DNA from: Diplonema japonicum
Taxonomy: Eukaryota > Protista > Euglenozoa: Diplonemea
Assembly: GCA_964019335.1 (NCBI GenBank)
Contig: OZ025682.1
Coordinates: forward strand, 1-64,000
Direction of reading: 5' to 3'
Length of the DNA stretch: 64,000 nt
The translations under genes were made by a program, and so were the position numbers. The notes under the pieces were generated by a model, which worked only from the letters and a program-made list of their open reading frames with translations, was not told the origin of the DNA and did no database searches. Positions 21,582-32,700 of this stretch are shown in pieces. The stretch's first letter is position 1; each line of letters starts with the position of its first letter.

Positions 21582-22670
21582 ATGTCGTCCTCTGGTGAAG
21601 CCAAAACAGACAAGACTCTGAAGTCTGTGGAAGAGTACTATGGGAAAGTGCTAAACACATCAAAAGACTTAAAGACGTCTGCATGCACTGCTGCAGGGAG
21701 GCCGCACAAGTTGATCAGAGAGTACATCAGCAAGGTCCCGAAGGGTGTAAGAGAGAAGTTCTACGGGTGTGGGGCTCCTTTGCCGCTGGGCATCGAAGGA
21801 CTGAAAGTGCTTGATCTTGGCAGTGGCAGCGGCAGAGACTGTTATGTGTGCGCAAAGCTGGTGGGCGAAAAGGGCTCTGTGTTGGGTGTTGATATGACTA
21901 AAGAACAGCTTGAAGTTGCCGACAAATACAAGAACGAGTACTGCACGCAGACTCTTGGCTACAAGGAGTGCAACATGAGGTTCGTTGAGGGCTACATCGA
22001 GAAGCTCCCCACTGAGATCGCCTCCGAGAGCGTCAACATCATCACTTCGAACTGCGTGATCAACCTGTCACCAGACAAGCCAGCTGTACTGAAGGAAGCG
22101 TACAGAGTGCTTGCACCTGGCGGCGAGTTTTACTTCTCAGATGTGTATAGCGACAGGAGGCTTCCCAAGAACGTTACGAGTCATGAGGTGCTGTGGGGTG
22201 AGTGCATCGCGGGGGCTCTCTACATCGAGGATTTCCTCAGGGAAGCGCACGCCGCCGGCTTCACGGACCCCAGAGAGCTATCCAGGGGGCCTATTGAGGT
22301 CACTGATCCGACCCTCGCTGAGATAACTGGGAATGCTAAGTTCTACTCGATCACGTACAGGCTGTTCAAACTGCCTGAGTTGCTAGAGACGAAGTGTGAG
22401 GACTACGGGCAATTCGCTGTGTACAAGGGAACCATCCCGGGGAACACGCACTCCTACACGCTGGATGACCACCACACGCTGGTCACAGGGAAGCCGTTCC
22501 TTGTATGCGGCAATACTGCTGCTATGCTCGGCGAGAACGGTGTCTCGTGGTTGGCGAAACACTTCACCATCACCGGCGACCGCTCTGTGCACTACGGCCT
22601 GTTCGATTGCAGCGGGCCTGCACCCTGCAAGCCCGTTGCAGAGGCCGAGGCTGGGGGAAGTTGTTGCTAA
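21582..22670 (+). CDS. AS3MT: Arsenite S-adenosylmethionine methyltransferase (ArsM/AS3MT family)
   Basis: LKTSAC, FYGCGAP, VLDLGSGSGRD, SNCVINL, WGECIAGA, VCGNTA and a C-terminal CC. Confidence 0.93.
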   Translation: MSSSGEAKTDKTLKSVEEYYGKVLNTSKDLKTSACTAAGRPHKLIREYISKVPKGVREKFYGCGAPLPLGIEGLKVLDLGSGSGRDCYVCAKLVGEKGSVLGVDMTKEQLEVADKYKNEYCTQTLGYKECNMRFVEGYIEKLPTEIASESVNIITSNCVINLSPDKPAVLKEAYRVLAPGGEFYFSDVYSDRRLPKNVTSHEVLWGECIAGALYIEDFLREAHAAGFTDPRELSRGPIEVTDPTLAEITGNAKFYSITYRLFKLPELLETKCEDYGQFAVYKGTIPGNTHSYTLDDHHTLVTGKPFLVCGNTAAMLGENGVSWLAKHFTITGDRSVHYGLFDCSGPAPCKPVAEAEAGGSCC

Positions 22671-23113
22671 ATAGCTGCGTATGTTGAATGAAGTAATAAG
22701 GCAAAACTTACTTTCATTTTCACTGGTATTTTTTTCTTTTTCCTTTTCTTGAACCAACGCCTATTTGGTAGGCGATCAACGTTACCTGTGACTGTGGTGC
22801 AACAAAACGGGACTACGCCTTCGATTAGCATTTCAACAGCAGTTTTTCTACTCTCCCTCCCTACCCCTTCCCCTTCCCCCCCCCCCCCCCCCCCCGTTTT
22901 CTTGCAAGAACGCTAGTCCGTGCTTCTGGTTGTATATCCTACAAGTTCTGCCCGGCACGTGCAACACTGCCAATTCCTCTTTATTAGTGCACTTCGAAAA
23001 AGAAGGCCTCGCTCGGCTATTCAGCCAAAACTGGTTTTATGGAGTTGAGTATTTATTTACCGTCGACATGCGTTTAGTATTTATTTAACACCACTCAGTG
23101 ATACACAGCGGAT

Positions 23114-24543
23114 ATGGATGTGTTACTGCAGAACATCCAACTGAGCACAAAGAAAGGCGACTATGGCTCCCTACGGAAGATGATTGACGAGAGCACAGAA
23201 GACGTCTTCGGGAAACACCCCGAGTACGTGGGGGTGCTGCTTGAAAATTTAGAACTGGATAAATACACCGCAGCATGGTGCCACATCCTTAGCAGGGCAT
23301 GCGGGGGCAAAGTGAAGAGCCAGACCTACATGGACCAAGTGGAAGTCTTTTTCGCAGGTATGGCAGCAGACCAGGTGCGCGGTGTGTGCGCTGACAGATT
23401 CGGTATCGTGTCCAAAAAATACACCGAAATGTGCCGCGAGACCAAGTCCCCCGGGAGAGGCATACCACATCTCTTGCACGGCATTCAGAAAATAAGAAAA
23501 ACCCCCGCTGACCTGACACCACTCCATCCTGACTACGTGTGTCTGTGCTTGCTTCAAAAGCAATATAACCAAGCGAAGGATTTGTTGGAAAGAACGATAT
23601 TGAATGTAGAGCCAAAGCAGACGGGCGTGCTCCCCGTGCACATGATGCTCTATTACTACTACGGTGGGATGGTGTACATAGGGCTCAAGGACTTCAAACG
23701 GGCAACAGAAATGCTGGAAACGTGCCTGTGCGCACCGAGCTCATGCCTGACTGCAATCACGTTGGAGGCTTTCAAAAAATACGTGCTGTGCAGTTTGATC
23801 GAAACGGGGAAGATGCCCCTGAACCTGCCGAAGCACTGTCCATCCCAGGTGGTGAAGGTGATCAGGAGGTACTCACAGGTGTACATGGACTTTGCAGGGT
23901 TGTTCAAGAAAAAGGATAGCACGCAGGAAGAACTGAACGAGTTTCTCGAGGCGCATAAGGAAGGCTTCAAGGCGGACAAAAACTATGGGTTGGCAAAGCA
24001 GGCCGTTGTGTCACACCTGCGCATTGTTGTAGGCAGAGTAGAGGCAGTATTCAGTGCGCTCCCGTTGGCTGAGCTGGCGAAGAAGCTCAAAATGCCAGTT
24101 GCAGAGACAGAAAAGTGCCTGCTGACTATGATACGCAACAATGTGACCACAGCAAGGATCGACAGAACCACACAAATGGTGCACTTCACAGCACCTCCTC
24201 TTGCAAGCTACACACGAGAGATTATCGATGAACTTGAGAAGCTGAAGAGGCTGACGGAAACTATCAAACAAGAGAACCACAACGTGAAGTGTTCCAAGGG
24301 TATGCTTAGAACAGCAACACTATCCTCCTCTCAGAGTACATCATAAAGGAGATGAACAAGGATCCCGCCATGAAGGAGTACTTCAGCTCGCAAAAAACCA
24401 AAAAGGTAAGTAGATTATAATGGGAACAACAAAAAGCCCCCACCCCACCTCCAATCCCCTTGTCTTTTCTGTCCTCCTCTTCCTTCTCTTAATGCACACC
24501 CCAGAATATCGTGGAAGCAGTATTAAAATGGCCGTTCCATTAA
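23114..24543 (+). CDS. CSN3: COP9 signalosome subunit 3 (PCI domain); introns 24300-24334, 24406-24504
   Basis: LTPLHPDYVCLCL, LYYYYGGMVYIGLKDFKRA, EAFKKYVL, FKADKNYGLAKQ and a PCI winged-helix end. Confidence 0.88.
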
Positions 24544-25065
24544 GAAAAAAAGGGAAATAAAAAAAGGGAACGTATAAATATGAATAGGAGCGCTAGCACA
24601 AAATATTAAAGAAAGGGAGGGGTTAAAAAAAAGAATAAAAGAAAGAGGGGGGATGAAAGAGACAGGACCCCCTATCCACTTTATTTTCTTAGCAGGGCGC
24701 CGCCAACACCGGCCTCCTTTAACTCATATATTTCTTATTGATGTCCTGCACGCAACCAACCCATCCCTACAGAGGAAGCCTAATACTTGAGAAACCCTTA
24801 GTTTAGCACCGGCAGCGGACTATGTACAACTAAAGGGGTGAAAAAAGAAAATGAATGTAGTAACGTGTTCTGCACTAGCCTTCTCATTACCTGGCCGTTG
24901 CCACCTCTTTCAGTGTTCCCTTTGATTTTTATCTTACCCCCTTTTTTTTTGTTGTTGCTTAAATTTGTACTTCTAGCTCATCCCACATATCCTAAGGAGT
25001 GACTTGTCACGCACCCCTGTTTGCTGCATTACACAACAAATGAGATACACGCACCAGCAGCAAAG

Positions 25066-26524
25066 ATGAACCCAAAAGGAAAGAAGATTGGCAGCGCAAG
25101 GCGCAAAATCGCACTGATGCTTGTGATGCTGCTGAGCATTGTGGTGTACTACTTCGTGTTGACAGGCAGCCACACAGGGGCATCAAGGTGTTCACAGATG
25201 CCAACAGGTACCAGCAACGACGCTTCCAAGCATGTTAGCAGGTGGCAGAAGTTCGACTGGCTCCCCGAGCGAGATAAGAGCACACTTCTCAACAACTTCG
25301 TGGAGCACGGCGTGACTCCTGCTTGGGAGGCCAACGAGCGTCACCAGAGCTGCTCACAAGCTGCCGATGACCTTGTGGCAACTGCAACCACCATAATACA
25401 AAGACACATAACAAAGGACTATTTGCACCCTGTGGACGACCCTTCCAAGGCAGCCACCTACTTGGAACAAGCGATCAGTACATCGCCCGATTGCTACACA
25501 GCACGCCTCAACCTTGCCATCTTGCTCCCCGTCATTACCAAGAACCCTCCTGAGGACTTCAAACGAATGGAGACTTCTCTTCTCTCTGGAATCCCATCTT
25601 CGCACCCTCTTTATGGCAAGTCCCTTTTATGGAAGGGGATTGCTCTCGAGCTTCAAGGAAAGGAGAAGGAGGCACACGCAATGTATTTTCAGGCCTTTGA
25701 TGCAAAGCCCGAATTTGCATTGCAATATTTTGGAAAGCGAGCAGAGGTCTACAAAGAGGCCAAACGACAGGTGGCCTTGTTCAAAGATGGGCGGATGGGG
25801 AAGGAGGAAGGTGTTCGCCTGCAGACGACAGCGTTGAAAAAACTGCTTTTTTACAATGAGTTCGCAAAACACTTCAGTGGCTTCAACCATGTGACAAAGG
25901 AGCAGGCACTGGGGTTCCATGACGTGTGGTACATGCTGGTGAAGGATGTCATCCCTCCTTACTCCATACGTGTCCTGCAGGACTGCTACCGTGCTATGAT
26001 TAAGAATGGTGTGTTGAAGTTTGATGACAAGCAAGCAAAGAGATACTTTCACTACAATTCACCTCCTGCGAGGTTCATGGCTGCTGTGCTGCGGGGGTTT
26101 GTGTCAAACGTGTGGGACACGGAGATGAAGACCACATACACATACATGGGAGGGTATGCTTTGTTATGTTTTCATACAACTTTCTTCCAGGTACCCTGGT
26201 GGGAGCGAGCTGAAGCCTCACGTCGACAGAGCGCAGTGCGAGATCACGATGTCCGTGTCGGTGGACGTGAACCCAGGTGAGGAAACTTGTCCTTTGGGGC
26301 TCCGATTGGAGCCAAAGAAGTTGTTAAAAGAGAGGTCGGTCGGGACGAACACTCGTCCAAGCGACGCATCCAAAGTGGCTTATGTATACCCCCGCATCGG
26401 GGACGCACTCATGTTCAGAGGAAGAGGGCTGGTTCACTGGAGAGACCCCATCCCTGAGAACATGAATTGCACGAACATCTTCCTTCATTTCGTGAAGAGT
26501 GACTTCGTTGGGAAGATTGACTAG
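25066..26524 (+). CDS. Type II membrane TPR + 2OG-Fe(II) oxygenase, paralog 1 (intron 26154-26190)
   Basis: Signal anchor after basic residues, then TPR-like helices. LKPHVDRAQCEITMS (HxD) and GDALMFRGRGLVHWRDP (distal H, R). Confidence 0.85.
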
Positions 26525-26956
26525 CCGGAGCCGAGCAGCGACAACGTGGTTATTGTCTCTTGCGAGAGGCACACACTCTCGTTAAGAATTAGTGTAGGAG
26601 CATTGTTCGGAGGAGCCTGCATCTGCTCTGCCCTCTTTTTGTGGATCTCGTTTTCGTAAATAATAGAATTGTGATTTGGTGATCCATCATGCTGTGTGGT
26701 GGTCTTATGCAGCCCCCCAGCACAGGTGACGGTGGTAGACGAGGGTGTATGAAGAGTCAAAGGTACTTTCCTTGAAATAGCCCATCTTCCCCCCCATTAT
26801 TTCTACTTGCCGACAGAGTATAGCATGTAGAAAAGGAACGCTAATAAATTGACATCTGGTTTCTTTCTTTTTTCCCTTAAGGTTTGTGTTTTAATCATCT
26901 AATAATTTCATTGCGATCACTCGACATCTCAACGGGGCAACATCACACAGGTCCAC

Positions 26957-28552
26957 ATGGCTCGAGGTCCTCGTAGTGGCCAGGTGCTCCGGCGCCGATT
27001 CGCACTGACTATGCTCCTTACCTTGTCTGTACTTGGCTACTACTACGTTGCGACTTACGTGGGCAGGAGTGCCAACAGTGTGCAAGTTGATACATACAGT
27101 AATGGTTTCGTGGTGAGTCAAACAACAAACCATGTTAGCAGGTGGCAGAAGTTCGACTGGCTCCCCGAGCGAGATAAGAGCACACTTCTCAACAACTTCG
27201 TGGAGCACGGCGTGACTCCTGCTTGGGAGGCCAACGAGCGTCACCAGAGCTGCTCACAAGCTGCCGATGACCTTGTGGCAACTGCAACCACCATAATACA
27301 AAGACACATAACAAAGGACTATTTGCACCCTGTGGACGACCCTTCCAAGGCAGCCACCTACTTGGAACAAGCGATCAGTACATCGCCCGATTGCTACACA
27401 GCACGCCTCAACCTTGCCATCTTGCTCCCCGTCATTACCAAGAACCCTCCTGAGGACTTCAAACGAATGGAGACTTCTCTTCTCTCTGGAATCCCATCTT
27501 CGCACCCTCTTTATGGCAAGTCCCTTTTATGGAAGGGGATTGCTCTCGAGCTTCAAGGAAAGGAGAAGGAGGCACACGCAATGTACCATCAGGCCTTTGA
27601 TGCGAAGCCGTCGCTTGCATTGCAATACTTTGGCAAAGGTGCAGAGGTCTACAAAGAGGCCAAACGACAGGTGGCCTTGTTCAAAGATGGGCGGATGGGG
27701 AAGGAGGAAGGTGTTCGCCTGCAGACGACAGCGTTGAAGAAGCTTCTCTTCTACTATGAGTTCGGCAGGCACTTCAGTGGTTACAACCATGTGACAAAGG
27801 AGCAGGCACTGGGGTTCCATGACGTGTGGTACATGCTGGTGAAGGACATTGTCCCCCCATATGTGATGCATGCACTTCAGGACTGCTACAGGGGGCTCAT
27901 CGGTAGAGAGATCCTTAAATTTGATGACAAGCAAGCAAAGAGATACTTTCACTACAACTCACCTCCTGCGAGGTTCGTGGCTGCTGTGTTGACGCAGTTC
28001 ATTTCAAACGTGTGGGACACGGAGATGAAGGCTACATACACATACATGGGAGGGTATGCTTCATTTTTGACTTGAAACAAAAAATATCGGATTTGGATAA
28101 CTGCCTCAGGAGCAGTAGGGTCAGGTGGTAGTACAAAAGAATTACCACCTGACGACCACGTGAAATAAATATTTGCCAATCCGGGGGGTTTACATTTTAC
28201 AATATTATTTTCTTCCAGGTACCCTGGTGGGAGCGAGCTGAAACCTCACGTCGACAGAGCGCAGTGCGAGATCACGATGTCGTTGTCTGTGGACGTGAAC
28301 CCAGGTGAGGAATCCTGCCCTATTGGTGCAAGACTAGAACCGAAGAAGTTGACGAAGCAGAAGTCTGTGGGATCGAACAGCAAATCAGGCAAACCCAATG
28401 GGGATGCGTACCTGTACCCGAAGGTAGGAGATGCGGTCATGTTCAGGGGAAGGGGCATCGTGCACTGGAGGGATCCCATCCCCACGCACATGAACTGCAC
28501 GAACATCTTCATGCACTGGGTCAGGAATGACTTTGTTGGAAAGATTGACTAG
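26957..28552 (+). CDS. Type II membrane TPR + 2OG-Fe(II) oxygenase, paralog 2 (intron 28054-28218)
   Basis: Same architecture, motifs and intron position as paralog 1. Confidence 0.85.
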
Positions 28553-28991
28553 ATACGTTGATACGTCTATCGGTAGCAAGCACAGTCCGTCTGTACAGTC
28601 GACGACGGGAAGGAAGGAAAAGAAGGAAAGGAACTTAATTATATATCTACGAATAGAGATGACCACCGGCTGCCAAGGCTATGGGCACTTCTATTCGTAC
28701 TATTCTGATTCACCACCCGAGGTGACTTTTGCCCTTGTTTTGCTCATAGAAGCTGATAAGGCTCTGTGACGGAGGGCACCCTTTGCTGCATTTCCCACGA
28801 ATGCACATTTAGGATATTTTATTCTGCGTGTCATAGATCTTTAATTCTGATGTCACACTATGCAGGACATCAACTCGTTTCCCTCCCTCTCAGCTACACC
28901 TGACATGTTAACTTATTATGAACAGTTTTTCCGTCTTTGCACTTCGTAACATACTACAGTCGGACCGCGTGGGAAGGTCCACATAAACAAG

Positions 28992-30522
28992 ATGGTACGA
29001 ATTGATCTGCTGTGCCTCGGGACGGGGAAGGCTTCGACCCATATTTACCACGGCGAGCCGTCCACAGGCTTTGTTCTTATCCAAGACGGCGAGCCTGTGC
29101 TGCTGATGGGTGCCGGTTTGGGCATAGTGAGGTCTTGCATGCACTACTGCAAGCAGGTGCCCGACACACTTTACATCAGCCACAACCACAGCGACAATGC
29201 AGGTGAGCTGCCCCTGCTGCTGTCTGTAGAAGCAGGGAAAGGTAGAAGGAAGAAAGTAATTGCAGAACCTGAAGTGCTGCAGAGGATTTTGCAGCACAGA
29301 CTGGCAGAATACCACGAAAGCATCGGGCTCTCAAACAGAAAACTGAGCGACTTGGCAGACTTTTCAGAGTCACCCGAAGGTGTCTCGACCCCGATCACGT
29401 CGTGCTTGTCCATTGTGCCCTACAGGTCGCAGCATTCGGAGAGGTGCTTCGGGTTCGTGCTGTACTACATGGACCACCAGATTTTGGGTTGGAGTTCTGA
29501 CAGCGGCTTCGAGATGAACTATTACAGACAGCTGGCTACGGCACCAGTCCTCATCCTAGATGCTAGACAGACAGGCTCCTATGACCATGCGGGCTTTGCT
29601 GAGGTCACTGATTTCGAACTGCAGCTTGCGCAGGAAAGCGACGTTCAAGGTGAGCAACGTGTCGCGCTTTACGTGTGTGCATACGGCACACAAGCTGAGA
29701 TGCCAACCACACCACAAGCCCTGAGGATCGGGCAAACCCTCGTGCTTCTTGATGACCATCAGCCGTCCATGCCCGTGGTACCCGCACAAACACCCACGAC
29801 AGACTATTCAGTACCTGTGAACCAGCAGCCGGTGACGCCCCGAGGTGGGATCCCGCACAACACTCCGCAAAGCTATGCGCAGCCGCATCAACCGCATGCC
29901 TCGAAGCAACGCGCGCGGTCGCCAGGTCCCGCGAGCCTTGCTTCCCCCACAAGCACGCGTCGGGGATATGGGAATGATCACGCGCAGCAGAGGTCAACTG
30001 ACATCAAGAATTTGCTATCGAATGTATGTGTGCAACCACAACAAAGCTTACATTAGATTACCGCGGAGTCGTACTTCTATGACCAGCAGACCGCGCCAAG
30101 TCATCATGAACACATCGACGAGAAAAGCTACCAATACTCTCTGCCTGGGCAGGTATGCAATGTGTGCTTATTGACTAAACAAGCAACAGAAATCTACCGT
30201 ACCGCACTCCATAAAGAAATTCCCCCTCCCCACCGTTGGGCCGAAGAAGATCTACGTGCACAACAACGAGTGCAAAGGTGCTCCGTCGAAAATGTTCCTT
30301 GTTAAAAACGTGAGGACGCTAGATCAACTAAAATTGAAGGTGGCAGAGACGATGAACATCAAACCTATTAAGCACCTGTACCAACTTGATGGTTCTATTG
30401 TGAAGAACCTGGAGGAGTTGACACACACGCAAGAACTTGTGGCCACAAAACACGCCGGGGCCCCTTTTGATATGGCAGACCTGCCCATTCACGTGAGAGT
30501 AGGCAGTGCCCCCCAGTACTAG
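28992..30522 (+). CDS. Metallo-beta-lactamase-fold (RNase Z-like) hydrolase fused to a C-terminal doublecortin-like domain, ~486 aa (introns 30024-30056, 30153-30189)
   Basis: LCLGTG, YISHNHSDN, QHSERCFGF, WSSDSG, DHAG. The last exon is DCX-like (KKIYVHNNE..RTLDQLKLKVAETM..IKHLYQLDGSIVKNLEEL..LVA). Both GTATG..AG introns keep the frame. Confidence 0.75.
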
Positions 30523-30659
30523 ACTAATTAGATAGACATTCATGCGCCGCTATTCTTCTTGTTGTTCATGTTACAAACCCACCCTGCCTCTGTATTAGAT
30601 ACTTTTTATTCGTTTATTCGCTCCTGTTTGCTCTGTTATCCATTTCAGACCCCCGGAAA

Positions 30660-31295
30660 ATGAAGCTGAAGCAACTGCGGGGGCATAAACCACCAATGCC
30701 ACCCCCAAGTGGTGTCATGGGTGATAAGGTGCCGCGGGGAACACCGTTTGGGGGTTTTGGGTGTTTGGAACTGAAGGGGAATGTGGTAGATCATATTAGA
30801 CGCCTGCAAGAAATGATACCCAGCGAGTGGGTGTACAGGGGAGAGGGGGCCAACCAGAGCATCGTGCAGGACCTCCATGTGACAGTGCTGCTACGCGTAC
30901 CTAACATGTATGAAGAGGCTGTAGAGGAAGCGCGGAAAGTGTCTGGCAACACGAAGTGCGTAGCCTATCAGCTGGGAAGACCCATCATCACGCCCTGTGA
31001 TCGTATTAAAGATGAAAAAGTCTGCTGCATTATTACACAAGTAACCTCCCCTGATCTAGAAGCGTTCCGTTCTGCCTGCTTTTCTTCCTTTGAATGCTAC
31101 ACAAGGTACCCCGGCACAGGACACATAACAATTGCATACCTTAAAGCCGCTTATGCGACAGAGCTGCAAGACCTCCTCACTGCTAACAGCGCGCTCCTCG
31201 GTTCGATCGAGTCGCAGTCCTGCACTGCCGACTCTTTCTCTTTGAGGATGCGCTCTGACAAGAATTATGATTTACCCTTTGCATCTAACCTTTAG
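30660..31295 (+). CDS. 2H phosphoesterase superfamily protein
   Basis: Two HxT motifs, DLHVTVL and GHITIAYLK, about 80 aa apart. Confidence 0.8.
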   Translation: MKLKQLRGHKPPMPPPSGVMGDKVPRGTPFGGFGCLELKGNVVDHIRRLQEMIPSEWVYRGEGANQSIVQDLHVTVLLRVPNMYEEAVEEARKVSGNTKCVAYQLGRPIITPCDRIKDEKVCCIITQVTSPDLEAFRSACFSSFECYTRYPGTGHITIAYLKAAYATELQDLLTANSALLGSIESQSCTADSFSLRMRSDKNYDLPFASNL

Positions 31296-31393
31296 GACTG
31301 TATTTCATTTCATTTTATTTCTAGTTCTTTCTCCATCCAGCTTTATAAGCACACACAAAAAGGAAGTTTTTCGTTTAGAAAAAAAAAAAAAAA

Positions 31394-31950
31394 ATGGTCA
31401 AGTCATCAAAGGCGCAGAAGGGAACCCGCCCTGTCACCCTCAAGGACGCTGATGCCGATAAGTTCGTGAAGCAGTACGCTGCGTACCTGAAGAAGCAGGG
31501 TAAGATCCACGTATGTTGAACTCCAGTATCAATTTTTACGTTTTTCATTCCACAGGTGCCCAAGTGGACTGACATCGCCAAGACTGGTATTCAGTGCGAG
31601 CTTGCACCCAACGACCCGGACTGGTTCTACACCCGTGTTGCGTCCGTGGCTCGCCAGGTGTACTTCCGCCCTGGCAGCGGTATCGGTGGGCTCAAGAAGA
31701 GGTACGGTAGCAGCTACCAGAAGGTATTACAACTCTTTTCCCGGGAAGAAAAAAAAAAAAAAACATACAAACACAGAACTGCATCAGGCCTCACTTCCAG
31801 AAGGCCGCTGGTAGCCCCATCCGTAAGGCTCTCCAGGCTCTTGAGGACCTTGGTATCCTTGAGAAGAGGCCCAACGGTGGCAGGCAGATCACTGACAAGG
31901 GCGCTCAGGACATGGACCGTATTGCAGGAGCCGTTGTCATGGGCAACTGA
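31394..31950 (+). CDS. RPS19: 40S ribosomal protein S19 (eS19), copy 1; introns 31511-31555, 31724-31776
   Basis: [25 protein letters not shown]|[40 protein letters not shown]. Confidence 0.97.
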
Positions 31951-32038
31951 GCGTGACATCATCTTGACCCATTTTTTAGTACCCGTTTTGAGATTCTTGT
32001 GTATCAACCCCTCACAGAGCCTAACACTCACACACAAA

Positions 32039-32592
32039 ATGGTCAAGTCATCAAAGGCGCAGAAGGGAACCCGCCCTGTCACCCTCAAGGACGCTGATGC
32101 CGATAAGTTCGTGAAGCAGTACGCTGCGTACCTGAAGAAGCAGGGTAAGATCCACGTATGTTGAACCCGTGTGGGGCGTACATTTTTTTTCCCACAGGTG
32201 CCCAAGTGGACTGACATCGCCAAGACTGGTATTCAGTGCGAGCTTGCACCCAACGACCCGGACTGGTTCTACACCCGTGTTGCGTCCGTGGCTCGCCAGG
32301 TGTACTTCCGCCCTGGCAGCGGCATCGGTGGGCTCAAGAAGAGGTACGGTAGCAGCTACCAGAAGGTATTACAACTCTTTTGTCAAGAAGAAGAAGAAGA
32401 AAAAACACACACACACAGAACTGCATCAGGCCTCACTTCCAGAAGGCCGCTGGTAGCCCCATCCGTAAGGCTCTCCAGGCTCTTGAGGACCTTGGTATCC
32501 TCGAGAAGAGGCCCAACGGTGGCAGGCAGATCACTGACAAGGGCGCTCAGGACATGGACCGTATTGCAGGAGCCGTTGTCATGGGCAACTGA
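32039..32592 (+). CDS. RPS19: 40S ribosomal protein S19 (eS19), copy 2; introns 32156-32197, 32366-32418
   Basis: Same protein as copy 1; starts 88 nt after the copy 1 stop. Confidence 0.97.
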
Positions 32593-32700
32593 GTGACAAA
32601 TCAGTAAACGAATGCTTTTTAGTTTAGGATAGTGTATTGTCAATTTCTACTTCTATTTATTCATTTGAGCAGTCACGCCACAAAGCAAACAAAAGGCAAC

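Noticed and set aside
22740-23100. Possible H/ACA or C/D snoRNAs in spacers (also 26530-26760 and 28650-28850)
   Set aside because: Only partial box motifs and weak hairpins; rRNA complementarity cannot be verified by eye.
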